Positions 7,789 to 15,458 of a DNA stretch of 32,000 nucleotides are shown here, piece by piece. The DNA is from Nitrosospira multiformis ATCC 25196 (lineage in GTDB: Bacteria; Pseudomonadota; Gammaproteobacteria; Burkholderiales; Nitrosomonadaceae). Position numbers and translations under genes: made by a program. The notes below the pieces were generated by a model. It made no database searches. It worked only from the letters and a program-made list of their open reading frames with translations, and had not been told where the DNA came from. Location: NCBI RefSeq assembly GCF_000196355.1, contig NC_007614.1, positions 1,800,001-1,832,000 of the forward strand, given 5' to 3'. Within the stretch, counting starts at the first letter, position 1; every line of letters starts with the position of its first letter.

Positions 7789-8028
7789 GTTTCCCCTCCC
7801 GATAATACTGATGGCCGTCTTGAATTCTTCAAGCTCCTTGTCTCGGCGCTCGACGTGCGGAATTTTCCTGCTATATTATCGATATAGACGATATTTTCAT
7901 GTCCTGCCCGTCTTTTAGCCATCAGACCGGAACCGGCGGCGCTCGATCAAACGTCATGATCTTGAGCCCGTACGGCTATAGGAGTGACCAAACCGGTCAC
8001 ATTACGATCTTTTACAAGGAGATACGAC

Positions 8029-8583
8029 ATGGGCCAGTATCAAATTGCTGTAGTGGTGGGCAGTCTTCGCCGCGACTCATTCAACCGCAAACTAGCTGAT
8101 GCCCTGATAAAGCTGGCTCCACCGGAATTTACATTCAAGCACCTGAACATCGGCGACCTGCCGCTATACAACCAGGACGACGATGAAAATCAGGCTGAGT
8201 CGGTCAAACGGTTGAAGGCTGAAATTGCCGGAGCCCAAGGCCTGCTGTTCGTCACACCCGAATACAACCGGTCCATGCCGGGCGTGCTCAAGAACGCACT
8301 CGATCATGCCTCCCGTCCGTATGGGCAGAATGCATGGGCAGGCAAACCGGGGGGAGTGATCGGTGCTTCCATTGGCTCTATTGGCACAGCCATCGCGCAG
8401 CAGCACTTGCGCAACTCCCTGGCCTACCTCGATGTCCCCACTCTTGGCCAGCCGGAAGCGTTTATACATGTAAAAGAAGGGCTGTTTGACAAGGATGGGA
8501 ACATTGGCAATGAAGACAGCAGAAAATTCCTGCAGAACTGGATGAATCGCTATGTCGATTGGGTGAAAAGGCATGCCGGCTGA
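8029..8583 (+). CDS. NADPH-dependent FMN reductase (ChrR/YieF-like)
   Basis: ATG at 8029 is preceded by AAGGAG. Motifs include MGQYQIAVVVGSLRRDSFNRKLA.. and ..TPEYNRSMPGVLKNALD. Confidence 0.85.
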   Translation: MGQYQIAVVVGSLRRDSFNRKLADALIKLAPPEFTFKHLNIGDLPLYNQDDDENQAESVKRLKAEIAGAQGLLFVTPEYNRSMPGVLKNALDHASRPYGQNAWAGKPGGVIGASIGSIGTAIAQQHLRNSLAYLDVPTLGQPEAFIHVKEGLFDKDGNIGNEDSRKFLQNWMNRYVDWVKRHAG

Positions 8584-8630
8584 TTATGACATTTTCCTTT
8601 TTCATTCCTTACTCGGAATGATGGTTACAT

Positions 8631-9641
8631 TCAAATATCAAGACATATCTTGCCAAAGTGTCGATTGGTTTCCTGATAACGAAAAGCTTCCACGAGTTCT
8701 TCCAGTGGAAAATGACGGTCGATGACCGGCCGCAGCCCGGTAGCTTCGATTGCCCGAATCATCTCGATTTGCTGACGGCGGCTGCCAACGACCAGCCCCT
8801 GAAGGCGCAATTGCCGTGTCAACACAGCGAGCAACGGCAGCGTTCCGGTCATACCCGACAGAATGCCGATTACGGCGATGTGTCCGCCAATACGCGTCGC
8901 TATCATCGACTGAGCCAGCGTGGCAGGCCCTCCCACTTCAATCACATGGTCGACCCCGCGTCCCGCCGTCAATTCACGTACCAGATCACCCCAGTTTTCA
9001 TGTTTCCGGTAATTGATGAGATGATCTGCCCCAAGCGTTTCCAGACGAGCAAGTTTCTCGTCACTGGAAGAAGTGGCTATTACCGTTGCTCCTGCTACCT
9101 TCGCGAATTGCAAGGCGAATACTGAAACTCCGCCGGTTCCCTGAATCAGTACCGTTTCGCCTGGCTTCAATGGACCGTCTACCATTAGTGCCCGCCACGC
9201 TGTTAAACCCGCGCACGTAAGAGTAGCTGCCTCCGCATGACTATAACCCTTCGGGGCGTGAGTGAAACCGATAGCGGCCATTGTCACTTGCTGGCACGCA
9301 AAACCATCGACGCCATCCCCCGGAACTGTGCCCATGCTATCAATCTCAGGTTGTCCTTCCTGCCAACTTGGAAAGAAGGTACTGACAACATGGTCACCTA
9401 TTGCAAATTCGTTAACGCCTTCCCCCACGGCAACAACCTCTCCCGCTCCGTCGGACATTGGAATACGTGGCACAGGGGGTGGCCACATCCCGCTTACCAC
9501 TGCGTAATCATGGTAGTTCAATGAGCTTGCCCGAATCCTGACAGTAATCTCGCCTGCTTTTGGCGCCGTTGGTTCGCATGTGCCCAGCGTTACATGATCA
9601 AATCCACCGCCCGGTTGCACATAGATTGCCTTGCTGGTCAT
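8631..9641 (-). CDS. Zinc-type alcohol dehydrogenase / NAD(P)H quinone oxidoreductase (MDR family)
   Basis: GroES-like N-terminal domain (..ITVRIRASSLNYHDY..DGAGEVVAVGEGV..) and a Rossmann motif, IQGTGGVSVFALQFAK. Confidence 0.85.
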   Translation of the reverse strand: MTSKAIYVQPGGGFDHVTLGTCEPTAPKAGEITVRIRASSLNYHDYAVVSGMWPPPVPRIPMSDGAGEVVAVGEGVNEFAIGDHVVSTFFPSWQEGQPEIDSMGTVPGDGVDGFACQQVTMAAIGFTHAPKGYSHAEAATLTCAGLTAWRALMVDGPLKPGETVLIQGTGGVSVFALQFAKVAGATVIATSSSDEKLARLETLGADHLINYRKHENWGDLVRELTAGRGVDHVIEVGGPATLAQSMIATRIGGHIAVIGILSGMTGTLPLLAVLTRQLRLQGLVVGSRRQQIEMIRAIEATGLRPVIDRHFPLEELVEAFRYQETNRHFGKICLDI

Positions 9642-9822
9642 CGCTTGCCTCTCATTCTTGCGTTGGTTGGGTCTAAAAGAATGGTTAGTATATATACTTG
9701 ATCCCGGACAAAATAACCATTAACACCATGTTGTAGACAGAGTTTCTTCGCCGTAGAGATTCCGGTTTTCTTACGATTACTAAATGCCGAGTCCGTTTTT
9801 CTAATGAACAAGGGAATAATTC

Positions 9823-10134
9823 ATGGACCCAAAACTGATCAGCAATACGATCAACATAATTAATTCGAAGGATTTATTCACCCGCATCAACTGGCTCGAA
9901 CAGGAACTCAATTATCGGTGCTCCGATGAATACTCTGAAGAACTGAAGGCGTTGCAAGTATTTGCCAGAAACATTGATGCCGCTGCCTCCGTCTCAACCT
10001 ACGACAGAGGATCGACCCTCATTCGCAACAGTTACTTCGAGGATTATAGAAAAGTGCTGGAAGGAACGAATGCAAAACCTGTGCGCCTAGCCCCGGTCGA
10101 TTTCGGCGGTGTGATTTACTGGCTGCAACTGTAA
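9823..10134 (+). CDS. Hypothetical protein (103 aa) in an AT-richer islet
   Basis: Intact ORF with a weak AAGGGA RBS. It has no recognisable motif, and its composition is visibly AT-richer than that of its neighbours. Confidence 0.5.
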   Translation: MDPKLISNTINIINSKDLFTRINWLEQELNYRCSDEYSEELKALQVFARNIDAAASVSTYDRGSTLIRNSYFEDYRKVLEGTNAKPVRLAPVDFGGVIYWLQL

Positions 10135-10148
10135 GAACGAGGCTCTCA

Positions 10149-10336
10149 CTGTGATCACCCTGAGCCTGTCGAAGTGATCCAAAAAATCTCACCCTGGCCC
10201 TTCGAAGAGCCTGAATCTCTCGTCCTCCTTTCCCTGAACAGACTCCCTCTCCACAAGAGGGAGGGCCGTCCCCGAGATCACCTGCTGGAGATTGAAGGAT
10301 CCACCGGCGCTTAAATCCTTCGACAGGTTCAGGACA
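10149..10336. repeat. Palindromic intergenic element (inverted 16-mers plus an internal hairpin)
   Basis: CCTGAGCCTGTCGAAG at 10157-10172 matches the reverse complement of 10316-10331 (CTTCGACAGGTTCAGG) at 15 of 16 positions. A central hairpin pairs TCCCTC (10242-10247) with GAGGGA (10255-10260). Confidence 0.6.
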
Positions 10337-10452
10337 GGCTTGCTGAACGGTATGCCGCCAAAGCCTAAATGTGCCTCAACGTACAGAACGGCAGGAAAGA
10401 TTTCTCTATCCTCTTTTAAAGGCAATATTCAGGCTTTCATCAGGAGACAAAA

Positions 10453-10914
10453 ATGGATAACGAACGAATTATAAGCATGTTGAACGGCCTCATCGAGATT
10501 TCGCGCGATGGGGCACAAGGCTTCAGAACTTGTGCGGATGATATCGATGATCCCGAATTGAAGATGTATCTTCGAAACCGGGCCCAGAGTTGCGAGGAAG
10601 CGGTACGTGATTTAAGCGTAGAAGTGAGGCGTTACGGCGGAGATCCCGATACAACTGGTACCGCTACCGGTACATTGCATCGCATGTGGGTTGACTTGAA
10701 GACGGCCATCACCAGCAACGATAACCTTGCAGTGCTTGAAGAATGCGAGCGGGGCGAAGCCGCCGCCGTGATGGCCTATGACAACGCACTCAGAGAAGAA
10801 ATGCCACTGGATCTGCGTGCACTGCTTGACAGGCAATACGAAGGTGTTAAAAGAAATCATGATCGCGTCCGCCATCTGCGCGATGCAGCGCGGCATGGCA
10901 TCAAAGCGATTTGA
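10453..10914 (+). CDS. PA2169-family four-helix-bundle protein (ferritin-like, DUF2383-type)
   Basis: AGGAGA RBS. The pattern LNGLIEISRDGAQGFRTCADDI..LK..RAQ..E..L..GG.P...G...G.LHR.W..LK..D..VLEECERGE..A..YD.AL fits that family. Confidence 0.7.
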   Translation: MDNERIISMLNGLIEISRDGAQGFRTCADDIDDPELKMYLRNRAQSCEEAVRDLSVEVRRYGGDPDTTGTATGTLHRMWVDLKTAITSNDNLAVLEECERGEAAAVMAYDNALREEMPLDLRALLDRQYEGVKRNHDRVRHLRDAARHGIKAI

Positions 10915-10991
10915 AAATGCAGTTCGCATAGCCCACTTTTTTACCTGCGAGTGGAGAGAAATCTCGTCACTATCTTCCCTGCCGAGCCTCG

Positions 10992-12395
10992 CTACTTCGA
11001 TACGCGGTATAAGGAAATCCTGCTTTTATCCTGTTTTTCCAAGGTGGCCGTGTTGCCGTCGGCATTCAGGTTAAAGGAATTCGCACCGGTTTCCGAAAAG
11101 CCGGCACACCCGTTGGTGTCATAGGTAAACCCTTTGATGCTCAAAGCCTTGCTCCCGGCATCGTACGTATACGAGGCAAACTCGACCCCGGGTCCGCAGT
11201 TTTCAGCGTGCTCCGGGTTGCCGATCGGATCAACCATCATGAACTTTCCGTTGGAAAAGAAAAAATAAGTCTGGGTCTTGATATTCGTCTGGTCTGCCGC
11301 CCACGCGCCAACGATGCCTTTCGGTTCATTTTCCATCGCTGAATAGCGGCTTTCCTTGATCTCCGTCTTGATCGGCTCTTTATCCGAACTGATCTCCAGG
11401 GTTCCCGCGATGTGGAAAAGTTCTCCAAACAGACTTGCGTGTTTCTTCTCTCTTTGAACCGTCACGATGTCCGAATTAATCAGGTCGGCACCATCCGTGC
11501 GTACCCGCACTGTTGCCCGGGGATTGGATAAACCGGCCTGAAGGTTAGTATCGATTACCGGCTTGCTCACGAATTTGAATCCCCTGGTATCAAATTCTGA
11601 TACACCTGCCACACCATATTCCACACCCGCCTTGCTGACCAGTTTACCGCCACAAACACGATTGGCATCACAGGAATCGTCTGGCGTGGCTTCACCGTTC
11701 AAGTACTCACCCCCTCCGCGGGTGGAAATACGGATTACAGAGGCGGACGTATCATCATGCTTGACCCAGATGCTGGAACTCAGCATGGGAATGCCTTGTG
11801 AAAGGAAATGCGCCTTGGCCTGATTCGCTGTCTTCACAGCACCGCTCACGCCTCCCGCCTCCCTGGCCTTCTGCAAGTCAGCAGAAGCTGCAAAGGCAGC
11901 CGGATCGCTATCCAGATTGATGGAAGTCGAGACAGCGGCCGCGGCACTGGGAGGAATGGAGATACCATTATCGGGATTGCCATCGATATCGAGCGATTGC
12001 AGCAGAATAAGCAGGTTTTGCAGCTTATTCGCGCTTTCTCCCGCCAATTCCATGGGAGTGATGATACCTGCTCCCTTTACTTTCCCCAGAGCCAGCCCCC
12101 CCAGCTTGAACTCCACTGTATCGCCATGGCTGTATTTGAAGATTCCGTTCTCATCCGTATTGGCGGCAGACCCCGATGACGCGGCATAACCTACACCGCT
12201 TACCGCGGTGTCCAGCAACCTGCCGGTAGTGGGGCCGGTTCCGGTTTTCCCCCCACCGCCGCTGCTGCCGCTGCCCGTTGCCGGTCCGCTTCCATTACCG
12301 CATGCGGCGACACCCAGCGCCAATGCGAGCGGCATGAGATGAGCCCAGGAAATGGCTCTTTTATTCTGATTGAACTCCATCTTCGATTGATCCAT
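10992..12395 (-). CDS. Lipoprotein of unknown function (467 aa)
   Basis: Signal peptide with a lipobox (..MPLALALGVAAC|GNGSG) followed by a Gly/Ser-rich linker. Alternative start at 12380. Confidence 0.75.
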   Translation of the reverse strand: MDQSKMEFNQNKRAISWAHLMPLALALGVAACGNGSGPATGSGSSGGGGKTGTGPTTGRLLDTAVSGVGYAASSGSAANTDENGIFKYSHGDTVEFKLGGLALGKVKGAGIITPMELAGESANKLQNLLILLQSLDIDGNPDNGISIPPSAAAAVSTSINLDSDPAAFAASADLQKAREAGGVSGAVKTANQAKAHFLSQGIPMLSSSIWVKHDDTSASVIRISTRGGGEYLNGEATPDDSCDANRVCGGKLVSKAGVEYGVAGVSEFDTRGFKFVSKPVIDTNLQAGLSNPRATVRVRTDGADLINSDIVTVQREKKHASLFGELFHIAGTLEISSDKEPIKTEIKESRYSAMENEPKGIVGAWAADQTNIKTQTYFFFSNGKFMMVDPIGNPEHAENCGPGVEFASYTYDAGSKALSIKGFTYDTNGCAGFSETGANSFNLNADGNTATLEKQDKSRISLYRVSK

Positions 12396-12742
12396 TCGAT
12401 TTGAACAAACGCGTTATCATATCAAACTATAGCGCGACAATAGCGAAAACATCCACCCTTTTCTTCCCTGCTTGTCCGTACGAGCGCAGGGCATACGGAA
12501 AGGAAACCCGGCCTCCGGCAACTGGGCAGGTTCAGTTCACCGTCGACTCCTTTAGAATGCAGATGACAGCCTTGTTCCATTTCCCATGAGCCAGAGAGGA
12601 GGCGAAGCTGTTGTATAATTTCGGATGGTAGAATCCGGAAGACTTGCCATACCAGGTTTTGCAGTCTGCCGAGTGACATGACTCAGTCGCTTCTTCAAGT
12701 CCTGTACTCAATATTGATAACAACATTTCAAGGAGAATGATT

Positions 12743-13087
12743 ATGCGCAAATTCCAAGCCCTTGCAGCTTCACTTGCTTTCACCTGCTCCATTCCGCTGG
12801 CACTTGCCGCCGAAGGAACCGTTGCAATTTCTTCCCCTACGGAAGGTGCCAAATTCAGCCCCCAGACGGACATCGAGCTGGTCTATGACATCACGCTGGG
12901 AGACAAGGGCGACCACACCCATCTCTATATCGATGAAAAGGAAATTCTGACGCTGCGCAATCTGAAAGGAAGCCAGTCTCTGGGAACGCTTGCAGCGGGG
13001 AAACACGAAATATGCGTCAAGGTGGTAAACAAGGCGCATACCCCCATTGGTCCACAAAAGTGCGTCAACGTCAGCGTAGAAGCGTAG
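12743..13087 (+). CDS. Small secreted Ig-like protein (DUF4399-like / CopC-like fold suspected)
   Basis: AAGGAG lies 7 nt upstream of ATG 12743. Signal peptide MRKFQALAASLAFTCSIPLALA|AEG. The mature part has ISSPTEGAKF.. and ..GDHTHLYIDEKE..LAAGKHEICVKVVNKAH. Confidence 0.7.
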   Translation: MRKFQALAASLAFTCSIPLALAAEGTVAISSPTEGAKFSPQTDIELVYDITLGDKGDHTHLYIDEKEILTLRNLKGSQSLGTLAAGKHEICVKVVNKAHTPIGPQKCVNVSVEA

Positions 13088-13095
13088 AAGCGTAG
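13073..13095 (+). repeat. 8-bp tandem repeat AGCGTAGA x2.9 at the gene junction
   Basis: The sequence is AGCGTAGA AGCGTAGA AGCGTAG. TAG triplets at 13077, 13085 and 13093 fall in all three frames, immediately before the GTG at 13096. Confidence 0.9.
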
Positions 13096-13506
13096 GTGTT
13101 TGAAAATCTCAACTACGCCCTGGTGCAGCTGGCGCATAATTTCGGCGCCGCTGCCGTGGTGGGCTTTCCGGTCCTTGCGTTATACGTCTTAGGGCAGGCA
13201 ACCTCTGCGCACCGCAAGTTTGCATGGATAGTCGGGTTGAGTTGGGCGGTTCAAGCGCTGAGCGGCGCGGGATTCGGTGCAGTGAGTTACTACTATTACC
13301 AAGTATTCCCCGATCTGCACGGCGTCGCCTTTGCGGCATTGCTGATCAAGATTCTCTGCGCCGTGGGCGGGATCTTCATCACGGCGAAGTACATACGCGA
13401 ATCCACCGCGTGGACGTCCAAACAGCGCCGTGATGCCTGGAGACTGCTCAGCCTGCTGGGTGTAACGGCGCTGACCGCTGCGGCATTCCTGCGCTGGTAC
13501 GCGTAA
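13096..13506 (+). CDS. Four-TM membrane protein (CopD-like C-terminal-domain resemblance, uncertain)
   Basis: GTG start 8 nt after the upstream stop. Four hydrophobic segments (..LVQLAHNFGAAAVVGFPVLALYVL.. to ..LLSLLGVTALTAAAFLRWYA). Confidence 0.6.
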   Translation: MFENLNYALVQLAHNFGAAAVVGFPVLALYVLGQATSAHRKFAWIVGLSWAVQALSGAGFGAVSYYYYQVFPDLHGVAFAALLIKILCAVGGIFITAKYIRESTAWTSKQRRDAWRLLSLLGVTALTAAAFLRWYA

Positions 13507-13568
13507 AAGGAAGTCCATCAGACTCATGGGGTCAGAGTGATTGGTCTAACGCTTGGCCAGCTTTCTTT

Positions 13569-14027
13569 CTATTGATCAATCCACTCTGACCTCCTGGATT
13601 CGCTCGTGAACTCCGCTGCAAGATCGGCGAGAAGCGAACGATACACAGTGTTCATGTATTCCACTGCTTCTGTGCTTGCGGATTCCCATGACCCGGACCA
13701 TTCCACGAAGGTCGTGTCATCGATCGTCACCGGGAGCAGATGCAGGTTGCCCACATAATTGTAAATCTCCCCTGATGAAACCGGGGAAGGCCCTTCATCC
13801 ATGGAATACATTATCCGACGCTCAATCTCGCTGTAAGCGATCAGCGTATCGAGGAATTCCCCGTTTAACAGCCGCCTTGCCCCCACGGAATATCCACCGC
13901 CCCCGCCCACCTTTTTGCACGACTTGATCAGCGAAGGGGCCCAAGAGAAGTCGTGGAAGTTTCGTATTCTGGACCAGACCCGCTCGACTGGAGCATCGAC
14001 GACAATAGAGTTGTATACTTTTGGCAT
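13569..14027 (-). CDS. SRPBCC (START/Bet v1-like, polyketide cyclase-type) family protein
   Basis: Strong GAGGAGG RBS. MPKVYNSIVVDAPVERVWSRIRNFHDFSW.. is typical of this family. Confidence 0.75.
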   Translation of the reverse strand: MPKVYNSIVVDAPVERVWSRIRNFHDFSWAPSLIKSCKKVGGGGGYSVGARRLLNGEFLDTLIAYSEIERRIMYSMDEGPSPVSSGEIYNYVGNLHLLPVTIDDTTFVEWSGSWESASTEAVEYMNTVYRSLLADLAAEFTSESRRSEWIDQ

Positions 14028-14171
14028 GATTATCCTCCTCTTGTTTTTCGCCCGGATGGCGGGTTTATCATCCGCTTTTTCAGGCAGATTTCATCCGGCT
14101 GAGCACCGGTCGTTTTTAAGCTAACATATACCACATCATATCGACAGAACAATGTCCTGAGCAGAGACATC

Positions 14172-15302
14172 GTGCCGGGCTCCGCTTTTCTTTGTCATAC
14201 TGCTGCCGCAGTGTTGCTCCTCCTATGCAGCGGTTGCGTCCATACCGTCCCATTCCGGGATGCGACCGGAAATATCATTCCCGGCAGTATCGCCAGCATG
14301 GAAACGATTATCATCGGCGGCATTCCTCAAAACATCTGGTTTCGGGGAATATCCACCTCCAATCCTCCCCTGATTCTCCTGCATGGCGGGCCGGGCGCCA
14401 GCGAGTCGGCGCTCTTCCGCCATTATAATTCCCTGCTCGAACAGCATTTCACCGTGGTGTATTGGGAGCAGCGAGGAACGGGCCGATCATTTCATTCGAA
14501 TATACCTCCTGAATCGATGTCCATTGCGCAGTTCGTGCATGATCTGGATGAGGTCGTGGAATACGTAAGGCACCGGTTCAACAAGGAAAAGGTAATATTG
14601 GTAGGACATTCATGGGGCACAGTGCCAGGGATAATCCATGCCGGGCAGCATCCCGAAAAAATCTCCGCCTATGTGGGTATTGCCCAAGTGGCCGATGTGC
14701 CCGAAGGTCGCCGCTTATCCTACGGTTTTGCCCTGTCCGAAGCGAAAAACAGGGGAAATGCCAAGGCGGTTTCGGAACTGGAAGCGATCGGCCCGCCGCC
14801 CTACGCTTCTCTCGATGAAAGATTGACAACTGCCGGATGGGTGGAGCGGTTCGGCGGCATATTCCATACCAATCTGTCGACAGGTAAGCTGATATGGACG
14901 GCGCTCAATACCGATGAGGCGAACCTGATTGACCTTATCAAGTTTGGTCAGGGCAATCGCTTTTCTCTTGTGCAGCTGGAGAATGAAATCTCCCGGCTCG
15001 ATCTGAGCGAGCGCTACCGCTCATTCAGGATACCCATATTCTTCCTGCTTGGGCGTTATGACAAGCACGTTCCTGCGACCCTGGCAGAGCGATATTTCGA
15101 AACCATCGAGGCACCCTGCAAGCGGCTGGTGTGGTTTGAGAACTCTGCGCATAATCCGCCCTTCGAGGAACCGGCAAGGTTCAACCGAATACTCATAGAA
15201 GAAGTGCTGCCAGTGGTTAATTCAGTCGATTGCAAATCCTTGCAACATTCCTCCTGTTTAATGAATGACGCTTGTAGTTTTCGGAATGAGGACTATATTT
15301 AA
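14172..15302 (+). CDS. Alpha/beta hydrolase, S33 proline-iminopeptidase-like, with an N-terminal signal/lipoprotein-like sequence
   Basis: HGGPG oxyanion motif (LILLHGGPGAS) and nucleophile elbow (VGHSWG). N-terminus AAAVLLLLCSGC. GTG start. Confidence 0.8.
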   Translation: MPGSAFLCHTAAAVLLLLCSGCVHTVPFRDATGNIIPGSIASMETIIIGGIPQNIWFRGISTSNPPLILLHGGPGASESALFRHYNSLLEQHFTVVYWEQRGTGRSFHSNIPPESMSIAQFVHDLDEVVEYVRHRFNKEKVILVGHSWGTVPGIIHAGQHPEKISAYVGIAQVADVPEGRRLSYGFALSEAKNRGNAKAVSELEAIGPPPYASLDERLTTAGWVERFGGIFHTNLSTGKLIWTALNTDEANLIDLIKFGQGNRFSLVQLENEISRLDLSERYRSFRIPIFFLLGRYDKHVPATLAERYFETIEAPCKRLVWFENSAHNPPFEEPARFNRILIEEVLPVVNSVDCKSLQHSSCLMNDACSFRNEDYI

Positions 15303-15458
15303 CAGCAGAAGCTCTGCGCCGAAACGTTTTCACCATACTTCGTTTAAAAGCCGTGAAAAAATGTTTGAATCCTGAAGTGGATATCGGTTTAACATTTGCT
15401 CTCTCCTATCTCTTAACCCTTAACCTGATGCCTGCCGCTAGACACAAGAGGAAACCGA

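Noticed and set aside
10189-10425. 78-aa minus-strand ORF, and the 60-aa plus-strand ORF at 10292..10474
   Set aside because: They overlie the palindromic element. Peptides such as ..VLNLSKDLS.. and ..SFDRFRTGL.. are the kind produced by translating such repeats. Neither has an RBS.
12401-12873. ORFs 12401..12589 (+), 12422..12679 (-) and 12532..12873 (-)
   Set aside because: They lie in the divergent intergenic region or antisense to the start of the secreted-protein gene. They have no RBS or recognisable motifs.
13521-13545. GGGGTCAGAGTG.. as a Tn3-family terminal inverted repeat
   Set aside because: Only the first six bases resemble Tn3-type IRs, and there is no transposase or resolvase nearby. 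The sequence is better explained as one arm of the local inverted repeat.
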